This document shows positions 1-10,157 of a DNA stretch of 32,000 nt, piece by piece. A model generated the notes under the pieces. The model had not been told where the DNA came from and searched no databases. It worked only from the letters and a program-made list of their open reading frames with translations. Source of the stretch: Xanthomonas campestris pv. campestris str. ATCC 33913 (GTDB taxonomy: Bacteria; Pseudomonadota; Gammaproteobacteria; Xanthomonadales; Xanthomonadaceae); NCBI RefSeq assembly GCF_000007145.1, contig NC_003902.1:2786497-2818496 (forward strand), in the 5' to 3' direction. Made by a program: the position numbers and the translations under genes. Numbering within the stretch: the first letter of the stretch is position 1; every line of letters starts with the position of its first letter.

Positions 1-3000
1 TTGGAGACTTCCACCGGCTTGAGCTTGCGCGTGCGCGCCAGTTCGATGATGTCGAAGGCCGGTTCCAGGTAACGCAACTCGCACAGCTGTTGCGCCAGCT
101 CGGGCGTGAGCCCCTTCTCCTGCCATTCCTGCACGCTGGCTTCGTACACCGGGCGCTGCGAATCCGGCAGCACGCCGGAGGCCACGCGGATGTCGTTGAA
201 CGGGCCGTGGTAGCGCTCCACCGCCGCAGTGATCCCCGGCATCTGGCCCGGGCGCGACAACAACCAGCGCACGAACGAGCGCTGCAGGCGCCAGATCACT
301 TCCAGCGCGTCGATCTGTACCGATTCAGGCACCTTGCCGTCCAGCGCGTCGATCTGCGTCCACAGCGCGCGCGCATCCAGCGTTTCGCGGCTGATGGTGT
401 AGGCCTTGGCCACCTCGGCAATGCTGCGGCCGGTGTCTTCCTGCATGCGCATCAGGAAGGTGGCGCCCATGCGATTGATGGTGGTGTTGGTCACCGCGGT
501 GGCGATGATCTCGCGCTTGAGGCGGTGGCGCTCCATCGCATCGGCGTACTTCTTCTGCAGCGGCTGCGGGAAATACCGCTGCAGCTCCTTGGACAGGTAC
601 GGGTCCTCGGGGATATCCGATTCCAGCAATTGCTGGAACGCCACCAGCTTGGAGTACGACAGCAGCACCGACAGCTCCGGCCGGGTCATGCCCTGCCCGC
701 GTGCCTTGCGGGCAGACAGCTCGGCGTCGGAAGGCAGGTATTCGATCTGCCGATCCAGCAGGCCCTGCAGCTCCAGCGTGCGAATGAAATGCTGCTTGGA
801 ACCCAGGCGTTTGACGCTCATCCGCTCCATCAGGCTGATGGCCTGGTTCTGGCGGTAGTTGTCCCACAGCACCAGGTCGGCCACTTCGTTGGTCATCGAC
901 GCCAGCAGCTTGTTGCGCGCGTCGTAGGTGAGCTTCTTGGCCTGAACCACATCGTTGAGCAGGATCTTGATGTTCACCTCGTGATCGGAGGTGTCCACGC
1001 CGGCCGAGTTGTCGATGAAGTCGGTGTTGAGCAACACGCCGGTCTGCGCGGCCTCGATGCGGCCAAGCTGGGTCAAGCCCAAATTACCGCCCTCGCCCAC
1101 CACCTTGCAGCGCAGCTCGCCACCATTGACGCGCAGGCCGTTGTTGGCGCGGTCGCCGACGTCGCCGTGCGACTCGCTGGACGCCTTGACGTAGGTGCCG
1201 ATGCCGCCGTTCCAGAACAGGTCCACCGGCGCCTTGAGGATGGCGTTCATCAGCTCATTCGGCGACAGCTGCTTGACGCTGGCGTCCAGCCCCAGCGCCT
1301 CGCGCACCGGTGCGCTGAGTTCGATCGACTTGAGCGTGCGCGGGTAGATGCCGCCACCGGCGCTGATCAGCTTGGCGTCGTAATCGGCCCAGCTGGAACG
1401 CGGCAACGCGAACAGCCGCTCACGTTCGGCGAAGGACACCGCCGCATCCGGGTTCGGGTCCAGAAAAATATGCCGGTGATCGAACGCCGCCAGCAGGCGG
1501 ATGTGGCGCGACAACAGCATGCCGTTGCCGAACACGTCGCCGGACATGTCACCGATGCCGACCACGCTGAAATCCTGGCTCTGGCAATCGCGTCCCAGTG
1601 CACGGAAGTGGCGCTTGACCGACTCCCACGCACCGCGCGCGGTGATGCCCATGCCCTTGTGGTCGTAACCGACCGAGCCACCGGAGGCGAATGCATCGCC
1701 CATCCAGAAGCCGTGGTCCAGCGCGAGGCCATTGGCGATGTCGGAGAAAGTCGCCGTGCCCTTGTCGGCCGCCACCACCAGGTACGGGTCGTCCTGGTCA
1801 TGACGTACCACCTGCGTCGGCGGCACGATCTTGCCGCCGACAATGTTGTCGGTAATGTCCAGCAGGCTCTGGATAAACAGTTTGTAGCAGGCGATGCCTT
1901 CGGCCTGGATCGCATCGCGATCGCCGCCCACCGGCGAGCGCTTGACGTAGAAACCGCCCTTGGCGCCGACCGGCACGATGACGGTGTTCTTGACCATCTG
2001 CGCCTTGACCAGGCCCAGCACCTCGGTACGGAAATCCTCGCGGCGGTCCGACCAACGCAGGCCGCCACGCGCCACCGCGCCAAAGCGCAGGTGCACACCT
2101 TCCACGCGCGGGCCGTAGACGAAGATCTCGCGGTACGGGCGCGGCTTGGGCAGGTCCGGCACCAGCGACGAGTCCAGCTTGAAGCTGATGCAATGGCCGT
2201 GCTTGCCGTCCTTGCTGGTCTGGTAGTAGTTGGTGCGCAGCGTTGCGTCGATCACGTCGATGAAGCTGCGCAGGATGCGGTCTTCGTCCAGGCTGGAGAC
2301 GCGGTCCATCAGCTTGAGCAAGGTGGCGCGGGTGGCCTCCTGCTGCGCGGCGCGGTCGCTGCCGCGCGCCTGCAGCACCGGTTCCAGTGCCTTGAGCGTG
2401 GCCTCGTCGCCGTCGGCCAGCACCGACAGCTGCTCGCGCAGGCGCTCCTGTCCGGCAAGAATCTGTGCCTTGGTTTCACCGCCGGTGGACGGGTCGAAGC
2501 GTGCTTCGAACAATTCCACCAGCAGGCGGGCCAGCAGCGGGTAACGGGTAAAGGTTGCCTCGACATACGCCTGCGAGAACGGCGTGGCCGTTTGCAGCAG
2601 GTATTTGCAGTAGCCGCGCAGCAGCGCGACCTGGCGCCAATGCAGGCCGGCAGCCAGGATCAGCCGGTTGAAACCGTCGTTTTCCGCATCGCCATTCCAG
2701 ATGCGCTCGAACGCCTCGCCAAACGCCGCATCGGCGCTGCTGGCGTCGATGTGGCCGGCGGTGGATTCAACCTCGAAGTCCTGGATGTAGACCGGCGTGT
2801 CGCTGACCTGCAAGCGGTACGGGCGCTCGGAGATCACCCGCAGGCCCATGTTTTCCATCATCGGCATCGCGTCGGACAACGGGATGTCGTCGAGCTGGCG
2901 GTACAGCTTCAGGCGCAGGCCGTCGCCGGTATCCAGGCGCACCGCGCTATCGCGGCGCACTTCCTGCAGGCTCAGATGCAGATCGTTAGGGCCATCCAGC

Positions 3001-4679
3001 GCGGCCAGGTGTTCGACGTCGGCGACCGCCGATTCGATCGACGAATCCTCGATGTAACCGGCCGGCAGCGCGCGGCCGAAATTGGCCGCCATACGCAGGC
3101 CATGCGCTTCGCCATGACGGGCCACCAAGGCCTCGCGCAAGGCGTCGTGCCAGTTGCGCAGCACGTGCGCCAGGCGGGCTTCCAGCGCGGTGGTGTCGAA
3201 CTCCAGCGCCTCACCACTCTTGGCACGCACGATCAAGTGCAACTGCGCCAACGGCGATTCGCCCAGCACCACGCTGGAATCGATGTACTCGCCATGCAGT
3301 GCGTCTTTCAGCAGCGCTTCGATGCGCAGACGCACATCGGTGTTGAAGCGCTCGCGCGGGATGTACACCAGCGCGGAAATAAACCGGCTGTATTTGTCGC
3401 GACGCAGGAACATGCGGCTGCGCACGCGCTCCTGCAGCCCCAGGATGCCGATCGCGGTGCGATACAGCTCGTCCTGGTTGGACTGGAACAGCTCCTCGCG
3501 CGGCAGCTTTTCCAGGATGTGGCGCAACGCCTTGCCGCTATGGCTGCTCGGGGTCAGCCCGGACTTGCTCATCACGTATTCGTAGCGCTGGCGCACCAGC
3601 GGGATTTCCCACGGACGGCGGTTGTACGCGCTGGAAGTGAACAGACCCAGGAACCGCTGCTCGCCGACGATGCGGCCCTTGGCATCGAATTCCAGGATGC
3701 CGATGTAATCCATGTAGCCTACCCGATGCACGCGCGAGCGTGCATTGGTCTTGGTCAGGATCAGCGCATCCTTGAGCTTGGCCGAGGTGTTCAGGCCATG
3801 CGCGGCCAATGAGGTCACCGGCCGTGCCGGCGAAATGTCATGCCCGCGCATCAGGCCCAGGCCGCTTTCTTCCACCGGCGCCAGCATCTCCTGACCGTCC
3901 TGCTTCTCCACACGGTATTCGCGGTAGCCGAAGAAGGTGAAGTGGTCCGAGGCCGCCCAGCGCAGGAATTCCTGCGCTTCGTGGCGGCTGATGTCGTCCA
4001 TCGGCAAGCGACGCGTGGCCAGGTCGTCGGCCAGCATCACCATCTTTTCGCGCATTGCCGCCCAGTCATGCACGATCGCGCGCACTTCGGCCAGCACCTT
4101 GCGGATGGCCGCCTCCACCTTGGGCATTTCGTCGGCCGGCTGGCGGTCGATCTCCAACACCATCAGCGATTCGCTCTTGCCCTCGCCCACTGCGGTGAGC
4201 TTGCCGCCCTTGTCGCGCGCAATGCGCAGCACCGGGTGGCCAAGCACGTGCACACCGATCCCCAGTTCGGACAACGTCATGCTCACCGAGTCCACCAGAA
4301 ACGGCATGTCGTCGTTGACGATCTGCAGCAGCGTGTGCGGCGACTCGTAGCCGTGGCTCTTCAGGGTCGGGTTGAACACCCGCACATTGACCGTGCCGGC
4401 CTTGCGCGTGCGCGCAAACTCCAGCATGTCTGCCGCCAGCGCCGCCCACTGTTCCGGCGGGTGGTTGGGAAACTCGTCTTCTTCCATGCGGCGGTAGAAA
4501 TCGGCGGCGAACAGCTGCACTTCCGACTGACGCGCGGCCGGGTAGCGCTTGCGCAATGCGGCAAACACCGGCTCGAGGGTGATCGCCTGCGGAGCAGTGG
4601 CGACCACGGGGACGGCACGTTCGGCGACCGGCTTGGCTGACGTCGTGGACGAGTTCGAAGCGGCTTTCTTGGCTGTCAT
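1..4679 (-). CDS. gdhB: NAD-specific glutamate dehydrogenase, large (about 1600 aa) Bac_GDH family; C-terminal end lies beyond the window start
   Basis: Manual reverse-strand translation from the ATG at 4679..4677 gives MTAKKAASNS...FYRRMEEDEFPNHPPEQW...NDDMPFLVDSV...PMMENMGLRVISERPY...GGLRWSDRREDFRTEVLGLVKAQMVKNTVIVPVGAKGG...QDFSVVGIGDMSGDVFGNGMLLS...AFDIIELARTRKLKPVEVS. These are hallmark NAD-GDH motifs. I translated 4679 down to about 2750 and spot-checked segments near 2000, 1550 and 1-60. Continuity elsewhere is inferred: no listed minus-strand ORF uses this frame, and no stop falls in the window, which is why it is missing from the track. The plus ORF 90..3812 is its antisense shadow. 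Confidence 0.93.
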   Translation of the reverse strand, partial: MTAKKAASNSSTTSAKPVAERAVPVVATAPQAITLEPVFAALRKRYPAARQSEVQLFAADFYRRMEEDEFPNHPPEQWAALAADMLEFARTRKAGTVNVRVFNPTLKSHGYESPHTLLQIVNDDMPFLVDSVSMTLSELGIGVHVLGHPVLRIARDKGGKLTAVGEGKSESLMVLEIDRQPADEMPKVEAAIRKVLAEVRAIVHDWAAMREKMVMLADDLATRRLPMDDISRHEAQEFLRWAASDHFTFFGYREYRVEKQDGQEMLAPVEESGLGLMRGHDISPARPVTSLAAHGLNTSAKLKDALILTKTNARSRVHRVGYMDYIGILEFDAKGRIVGEQRFLGLFTSSAYNRRPWEIPLVRQRYEYVMSKSGLTPSSHSGKALRHILEKLPREELFQSNQDELYRTAIGILGLQERVRSRMFLRRDKYSRFISALVYIPRERFNTDVRLRIEALLKDALHGEYIDSSVVLGESPLAQLHLIVRAKSGEALEFDTTALEARLAHVLRNWHDALREALVARHGEAHGLRMAANFGRALPAGYIEDSSIESAVADVEHLAALDGPNDLHLSLQEVRRDSAVRLDTGDGLRLKLYRQLDDIPLSDAMPMMENMGLRVISERPYRLQVSDTPVYIQDFEVESTAGHIDASSADAAFGEAFERIWNGDAENDGFNRLILAAGLHWRQVALLRGYCKYLLQTATPFSQAYVEATFTRYPLLARLLVELFEARFDPSTGGETKAQILAGQERLREQLSVLADGDEATLKALEPVLQARGSDRAAQQEATRATLLKLMDRVSSLDEDRILRSFIDVIDATLRTNYYQTSKDGKHGHCISFKLDSSLVPDLPKPRPYREIFVYGPRVEGVHLRFGAVARGGLRWSDRREDFRTEVLGLVKAQMVKNTVIVPVGAKGGFYVKRSPVGGDRDAIQAEGIACYKLFIQSLLDITDNIVGGKIVPPTQVVRHDQDDPYLVVAADKGTATFSDIANGLALDHGFWMGDAFASGGSVGYDHKGMGITARGAWESVKRHFRALGRDCQSQDFSVVGIGDMSGDVFGNGMLLSRHIRLLAAFDHRHIFLDPNPDAAVSFAERERLFALPRSSWADYDAKLISAGGGIYPRTLKSIELSAPVREALGLDASVKQLSPNELMNAILKAPVDLFWNGGIGTYVKASSESHGDVGDRANNGLRVNGGELRCKVVGEGGNLGLTQLGRIEAAQTGVLLNTDFIDNSAGVDTSDHEVNIKILLNDVVQAKKLTYDARNKLLASMTNEVADLVLWDNYRQNQAISLMERMSVKRLGSKQHFIRTLELQGLLDRQIEYLPSDAELSARKARGQGMTRPELSVLLSYSKLVAFQQLLESDIPEDPYLSKELQRYFPQPLQKKYADAMERHRLKREIIATAVTNTTINRMGATFLMRMQEDTGRSIAEVAKAYTISRETLDARALWTQIDALDGKVPESVQIDALEVIWRLQRSFVRWLLSRPGQMPGITAAVERYHGPFNDIRVASGVLPDSQRPVYEASVQEWQEKGLTPELAQQLCELRYLEPAFDIIELARTRKLKPVEVS

Positions 4680-4951
4680 GAGAGAGCTGGGATGCTCGGT
4701 GGAAAACCTGAATTGTACCGATGCACGATGACGACGCCTTGCTGCATAGCGCAAACGCAGGCAGGCCACGGCTTTTGCAAACTGAAGCAACGCCGGCGGC
4801 GGCGCATTACAGGAGTGAAGCGTCGCCCAACCGCCTCTTGAGGGCCTCGATGGCCCGCGCGCCAGACGGCGCAAGGCTTGCGGACCTGGGTCGCAGAAAA
4901 GTTGCGCAGACCAGACGGGCGCCGTCAAGGCTGTTTAAAAACTAAACTGGA

Positions 4952-4966
4952 CGGTATAGTCTACCG
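4952..4966. promoter_or_regulatory. Candidate TetR operator overlapping a -10-like TATAGT, 2 nt upstream of the tetR ATG
   Basis: CGGTAtAgTcTACCG is a 15-bp inverted repeat with 6 of 7 arm pairs matching. TATAGT lies at 4955..4960. There is no Shine-Dalgarno sequence between it and the ATG at 4969, which suggests a leaderless or near-leaderless transcript. Confidence 0.35.
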
Positions 4967-4968
4967 CC

Positions 4969-5628
4969 ATGACCCCTCGTTCCCCCCGTGCTGCCCGGCG
5001 TTCGGACTGCGACCGCCGTATCCACGCTGCCGTGCACGCGCTGCTGGCCGAGCGCGGCATGCGGGTGAGCATGACGGCGGTGGCCGAGCGCGCGGGCTGT
5101 TCCAAGCAGACCCTGTACAGCCACTACGGCTGCAAGGAAAACCTGCTGCGCGATGTGCTGCAGGAACACGTGCAGCTGGCCACGGTGCCGCTCGGGACCG
5201 CCACCGGCGACCTGCGTGAAGACCTGCTGGCCTTCGCGCTGGCCCATCTTGACCGGCTCAATCGCCCGGATGTGCTACAGACCTGCCGTCTGGTGGAGGC
5301 GGAATCGCACCGGTTCCCCGGCCAGTCGCAGCAGATCTTCCATGAAGGCGTGGTTGGCATGCAGGAACGACTTGCGTCGCGGTTTGCACAAGCGATCGAC
5401 GCCGGTCAGCTGCGGCATGACGATCCGCACTTCATGGCCGAGCTGCTGCTCAGCATGATTGTCGGCCTGGATTTCGACCGTCAGCGCTTTCAGGTGCCAC
5501 ACCGCGCCGGCCTGCCCGCCAGGCAGCAGTGGGCACAGTTCGCTGTCGACACGTTTATGCGTGCGTTCGCCGCGGTGGTCACGCCGCCCCGGACGCCCGC
5601 GCGTTCCTTTCTCACTTCAAGACCCTAA
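4969..5628 (+). CDS. TetR/AcrR-family transcriptional regulator, first gene of the efflux operon
   Basis: N-terminal TetR helix-turn-helix: IHAAVHALLAERGMRVSMTAVAERAGCSKQTLYSHYGCKENLL. The stop is 14 nt before the MFP gene start on the same strand. Confidence 0.9.
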   Translation: MTPRSPRAARRSDCDRRIHAAVHALLAERGMRVSMTAVAERAGCSKQTLYSHYGCKENLLRDVLQEHVQLATVPLGTATGDLREDLLAFALAHLDRLNRPDVLQTCRLVEAESHRFPGQSQQIFHEGVVGMQERLASRFAQAIDAGQLRHDDPHFMAELLLSMIVGLDFDRQRFQVPHRAGLPARQQWAQFAVDTFMRAFAAVVTPPRTPARSFLTSRP

Positions 5629-5642
5629 CGGAGTTCCTCCTC

Positions 5643-6953
5643 ATGATTGCCCCGCTCCGCACCTTCGGCCTGGCCTGTGCCATCACCGTGGCGCTCGCTG
5701 CCTGCAGCAAGCCCGAACAACAGCAGGCTCCGCCGCCGCCGGAAGTGTCGGTGCTGGAAATGAAACCGCAGACGCTGCCGCTGGAACGTGACCTGGTTGG
5801 TCGCCTCTCGGCGTTCCGCTCGGCCGACGTGCGCGCCCGTGTGGATGGTGTGCTGCTCAAGCGCCTGTACACCGAAGGCACCGACGTCAAGGAAGGCCAG
5901 CCGCTGTTCGAGATCGACCCGATGCCGCTGCGCGCAACGCTGCTGCAGGCACAGGGCCAGCTGGCTGCCGCCGAGGCCACCTATGCCAACGCCAAGATCG
6001 CCGCGCAGCGCGCGCGCAGCCTGGCGCCGCAGCAGTACGTCTCGCGCGCCGACATCGACACCGCCGAAGCCACCGAGCGCTCGTCCGGCGCCAGCGTGCA
6101 GCAGGCGCGCGGTGTGGTCGAGTCCGCAAGCATCCAGCTCAGCTTCGCCAGCGTGACCTCGCCGATCACCGGCCGCGCCGGCATTCAGCGCGTCACCGAA
6201 GGCGCGCTGGTCGGGTCGGGTGAAGCCACCTTGCTGACCACGGTCGACCAGATCGACCCGCTGTACGTGAACTTCGCCATGAGCAGCGAAGAACTGGCGG
6301 CACTGCGTCAGGCGCAGAGCAGTGGCAATGTGCAGCTCAGCGGCGACGGCAAGTCCACCATCAACGTGGAGCTGGGCAACGGCACGCAGTACCCGCACCC
6401 CGGCACGCTGGACGTGTCCGCGGTGACGGTGGACCCGAGCACCGGTGCGGTGTCGCTGCGCGCCACCCTGCCCAACCCGGAAATGGCGCTGCTGCCAGGC
6501 GCGTTCGTAACCTTCAAGGCCAGCCTGGGCCAGCGCAACAACGCCTATCTCGTGCCGCAGCAGGCGCTGCAGCGCGATGCCACCGGCGCCTACGCGCTGG
6601 TGCTGGGCAAGGACGGCAAGGTGGTCCGCAAGAACCTCACCGTCGACGGCCAGCAGAAAGGCCAGTGGATCGTCACCGCCGGCATGGCACCGGGCGACCA
6701 GGTCATCGTCGACGGCGTGCAGAAGGCGAAGGAAGGCCAGCCCGCCAAGGGCGTGCCGTGGGATCCGAACAAGCCCGCACAAGGCGGCCAGCCCGGTGCG
6801 CCGGGTGCCGCCCCGGCCGCGGGTCAGGCCGGCACCGGCCAGGGCGCACCGGCCGGTGCCGGCAAGGCCGACGCCGCCGCTCCGGCGGCTGGCGAACAGC
6901 CCAAGTCCGATGACGCGGCCCAGCCGTCCGATTCCCAGTCCAAGCAGCAGTGA
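5643..6953 (+). CDS. RND efflux membrane-fusion (periplasmic adaptor) lipoprotein, AcrA/MexA-like
   Basis: The track ORF 5529..6953 is trimmed to the ATG at 5643, which has GGAG 8 nt upstream. Lipoprotein signal MIAPLRTFGLACAITVALAAC. AcrA-like lipoyl motif VRARVDGVLLKRLYTEGTDVKEGQPLFEIDP. Confidence 0.92.
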   Translation: MIAPLRTFGLACAITVALAACSKPEQQQAPPPPEVSVLEMKPQTLPLERDLVGRLSAFRSADVRARVDGVLLKRLYTEGTDVKEGQPLFEIDPMPLRATLLQAQGQLAAAEATYANAKIAAQRARSLAPQQYVSRADIDTAEATERSSGASVQQARGVVESASIQLSFASVTSPITGRAGIQRVTEGALVGSGEATLLTTVDQIDPLYVNFAMSSEELAALRQAQSSGNVQLSGDGKSTINVELGNGTQYPHPGTLDVSAVTVDPSTGAVSLRATLPNPEMALLPGAFVTFKASLGQRNNAYLVPQQALQRDATGAYALVLGKDGKVVRKNLTVDGQQKGQWIVTAGMAPGDQVIVDGVQKAKEGQPAKGVPWDPNKPAQGGQPGAPGAAPAAGQAGTGQGAPAGAGKADAAAPAAGEQPKSDDAAQPSDSQSKQQ

Positions 6954-6965
6954 CGGAACCCCGCC

Positions 6966-9900
6966 ATGCCTAAGTTTTTTATCGAACACCCGGTCTTTGC
7001 CTGGGTGGTGGCGATCCTGATCTCGCTCGCGGGCGTGATCTCGATCCTGAATCTGGGTATCGAGTCGTACCCCACGATCGCCCCGCCGCAGGTCACCGTC
7101 ACCGCCAACTTCCCCGGTGCCAGCGCCGATACCGCCGAAAAGGCGGTGACGCAGGTCATCGAACAGCAGCTCACCGGTATCGACCACCTGCTGTACTTCA
7201 ACTCCTCGTCGGCCTCCAACGGCCGCGTGACCATCACGCTGACCTTCGAAACCGGCACCGACGCGGATATCGCGCAGGTGCAGGTGCAGAACAAGGTGTC
7301 GCTGGCCACGCCGCGCTTGCCTTCGGAAGTGACCCAACAGGGTGTGGTGGTGGCCAAGGCCAACGCCGGCTTCCTGATGGTGGCCGCGCTGCGCTCGGAC
7401 AACCCGTCGATCGACCGCGATGCGCTCAACGACATCGTCGGTTCGCGCGTGCTCGAACAGATCTCGCGTGTGCCCGGCGTGGGCAGCACCAACCAGTTCG
7501 GCGCCGAGTACGCCATGAACATCTGGTTGAACCCGGAGAAGCTGCAGGGCTACAACCTGTCGGCCACCCAGGTGCTGACCGCGGTGCGTAACCAGAACGT
7601 GCAGTTCGCGGCCGGTTCGGTCGGTGCCGACCCCACCCCGCAGGGCATCAGCTTCACCGCGACGGTTTCGGCCGAAGGCCGTTTCAGCTCGCCGCAGGAG
7701 TTCGAAAACATCATCCTGCGCACCGATAACAACGGTGCCACGGTGCGTCTGAAAGACGTTGCACGCGTCACGGTGGGCCCAAGCAACTACGGCTTCGACA
7801 CCCAGTACAACGGCAAGCCGACCGGTGCCTTTGGTATCCAGTTGCTGCCGGGCGCCAATGCGCTGAACGTCTCCGAGGCGGTCGGTGCCAAGCTCGACGA
7901 GCTGCAGCCCACCTTCCCGCAGGGCGTGACCTGGTTCGCGCCGTACGAGTCCACCACCTTCGTGCGTATTTCCATCGAAGAAGTGGTGCACACGCTGGTG
8001 GAAGCCATCGTGCTGGTGTTCCTGGTGATGCTGCTGTTCCTGCAGAACTTCCGCGCCACGGTCATCCCGACCCTGGTGATCCCGGTGGCGCTGCTGGGCA
8101 CGTTCTTCGGCATGTACGTGATCGGCTTCACCATCAACCAGCTGACGCTGTTTGCGATGGTGCTGGCGATCGGCATCGTGGTGGACGACGCGATCGTGGT
8201 GATCGAGAACGTCGAACGCATCATGAGCGAGGAGCACCTGGAGCCGAAGGCGGCCACGCAGAAGGCGATGACCCAGATCACCGGCGCGGTGGTGGCCATC
8301 ACCGTGGTACTGGCGGCGGTGTTCATTCCCTCGGCCATGCAGCCGGGCGCCTCGGGCGCGATCTACAAGCAGTTCGCATTGACCATCGCGATGGCGATGG
8401 CGTTCTCCGCGTTCCTGGCGTTGAGCTTCACCCCGGCCCTGTGCGCGGCGTTCCTGAAGTCCACCCATTCGGACAAGAAGAACTGGATCTACCGCACCTT
8501 CGACAAGTACTACGACAAGCTGGCGCATCGCTATGTCGGCGTGGTCGGCAACACGCTCAAGCGTTCGCCGGCCTGGATGGTGGTGTTCGTGGTGCTGGTG
8601 GTGCTGTGCGGCTTCCTGTTCACGCGCATGCCGGGCAGCTTCCTGCCGGAAGAAGACCAGGGCTTTGCCGTGGCCATCGTGCAGCTGCCGCCGGGTGCCA
8701 CCAAGATCCGCACCAACGAGGCCTTCGCGCAGATGCGTGCGGTGCTGGAAAAGCAGCCGGCCGTGGAAGGCATGCTGCAGATCGCCGGCTTCAGCTTCCT
8801 GGGTTCGGGCGAAAACGTCGGCATGGGCTTCATCCGGCTCAAGCCGTGGGAAGAGCGTGACGTCACCGCCGAGCAGTTGATCCAGCAACTCAACGGTGCC
8901 TTCTACGGCATCAAGGGCGCGCAGATCTTCGTGGTCAACCTGCCCACCGTGCAGGGTCTTGGCCAGTTCGGCGGCTTCGACATGTGGCTGCAGGACCGTT
9001 CCGGTGCAGGCCAGGAGGCGCTGACCCAGGCCCGCAACATCGTGCTCGGCAAGGCGGCGCAGAAGCAGGACACCGTGGTGGGCGTGCGCCCGAACGGCCT
9101 GGAAAACTCGCCGCAGCTGCAGTTGCATGTGGACCGCGTGCAGGCGCAGTCGATGGGCCTGGAAGTGAGCGACATCTACAGCTCGATCCAGCTGATGCTG
9201 GCCCCGGTGTACGTCAACGACTACTTCTCCGAAGGCCGCATCAAGCGCGTCAACATCCGTGCCGACGACCAGTTCCGCACCGGCCCCGAGTCGCTGCGTA
9301 ACTTCTTCACCCCCAGCAGCACGGCGACCGGTGCAGATGGTCAGCCGGGGATGATCCCGCTGAGCAACGTGGTCAAGGCCGAGTGGACCTACGCCTCGCC
9401 GGCATTGAACCGCTACAACGGCTATTCGGCGGTGAACATCGTCGGTAACCCGGCCCCGGGCGGCAGCTCCGGCCAGGCGATGCAGGCCATGGAGGAGATC
9501 GTCAACAACGATCTGCCGCCGGGCTTCGGCTTCGACTGGAGCGGCATGTCGTACCAGGAAATCATCGCCGGTAACGCCGCCACGCTGCTGCTCGCGTTGT
9601 CGGTGGTGGTGGTGTTCCTCTGCCTGGCGGCGCTGTACGAAAGCTGGTCGATTCCGGTGGCCGTGCTGTTGGTGGTGCCGATCGGCGTGCTGGGTGCGAT
9701 CACCTTCTCGATGCTGCGTGGCCTGCCGAACGATCTGTACTTCAAGATCGGCATGATCACGGTGATCGGCCTGGCGGCGAAGAACGCGATCCTGATCGTG
9801 GAGTTCGCAGTCGAGCAGCGCGCGGCCGGCAAGACGCTGCGCGAGGCAACGCTGGAAGCGGCGCATCTGCGCTTCCGCCCGATCCTGATGACCTCGTTCG

Positions 9901-10136
9901 CGTTCATCCTGGGTGTGTTGCCGCTGGCCATTTCCACCGGTGCCGGCGCCAACTCGCGTCACTCCATCGGTACCGGCGTGATCGGCGGCATGGTGTTCGC
10001 CACCGTGCTCGGCGTGATCTTCATCCCGCTGTTCTTCGTGGTGGTCCGCCGCATGCTCGGCGACAAGCTCGACGAGCCGCCCAAGGAATACCTGGCCGTG
10101 CAGAACGACAGCGGCACGCACCGCCCGGATCGTTGA
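6966..10136 (+). CDS. RND multidrug efflux transporter, HAE1 family (AcrB/MexB-like), 1056 aa
   Basis: The protein is close to AcrB along its length: MPKFFIEHPVFAWVVAILISLAG...YPTIAPPQVTV...TGTDADIAQVQVQNKV...LVEAIVLVFLVMLLFLQNFRATVIPT...VLAIGIVVDDAIVVIENVERIM. Confidence 0.96.
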   Translation: MPKFFIEHPVFAWVVAILISLAGVISILNLGIESYPTIAPPQVTVTANFPGASADTAEKAVTQVIEQQLTGIDHLLYFNSSSASNGRVTITLTFETGTDADIAQVQVQNKVSLATPRLPSEVTQQGVVVAKANAGFLMVAALRSDNPSIDRDALNDIVGSRVLEQISRVPGVGSTNQFGAEYAMNIWLNPEKLQGYNLSATQVLTAVRNQNVQFAAGSVGADPTPQGISFTATVSAEGRFSSPQEFENIILRTDNNGATVRLKDVARVTVGPSNYGFDTQYNGKPTGAFGIQLLPGANALNVSEAVGAKLDELQPTFPQGVTWFAPYESTTFVRISIEEVVHTLVEAIVLVFLVMLLFLQNFRATVIPTLVIPVALLGTFFGMYVIGFTINQLTLFAMVLAIGIVVDDAIVVIENVERIMSEEHLEPKAATQKAMTQITGAVVAITVVLAAVFIPSAMQPGASGAIYKQFALTIAMAMAFSAFLALSFTPALCAAFLKSTHSDKKNWIYRTFDKYYDKLAHRYVGVVGNTLKRSPAWMVVFVVLVVLCGFLFTRMPGSFLPEEDQGFAVAIVQLPPGATKIRTNEAFAQMRAVLEKQPAVEGMLQIAGFSFLGSGENVGMGFIRLKPWEERDVTAEQLIQQLNGAFYGIKGAQIFVVNLPTVQGLGQFGGFDMWLQDRSGAGQEALTQARNIVLGKAAQKQDTVVGVRPNGLENSPQLQLHVDRVQAQSMGLEVSDIYSSIQLMLAPVYVNDYFSEGRIKRVNIRADDQFRTGPESLRNFFTPSSTATGADGQPGMIPLSNVVKAEWTYASPALNRYNGYSAVNIVGNPAPGGSSGQAMQAMEEIVNNDLPPGFGFDWSGMSYQEIIAGNAATLLLALSVVVVFLCLAALYESWSIPVAVLLVVPIGVLGAITFSMLRGLPNDLYFKIGMITVIGLAAKNAILIVEFAVEQRAAGKTLREATLEAAHLRFRPILMTSFAFILGVLPLAISTGAGANSRHSIGTGVIGGMVFATVLGVIFIPLFFVVVRRMLGDKLDEPPKEYLAVQNDSGTHRPDR

Positions 10137-10157
10137 GTCAGGCGTTCGCTGTAAACC

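Noticed and set aside
90-3812. 1240-aa plus-strand ORF, the longest listed in this region
   Set aside because: It lies antisense to the NAD-glutamate dehydrogenase gene, whose minus-strand translation shows the family hallmark motifs. The plus-strand product is Arg/Ala/Gln/His-rich low-information sequence typical of GC-driven shadow ORFs.
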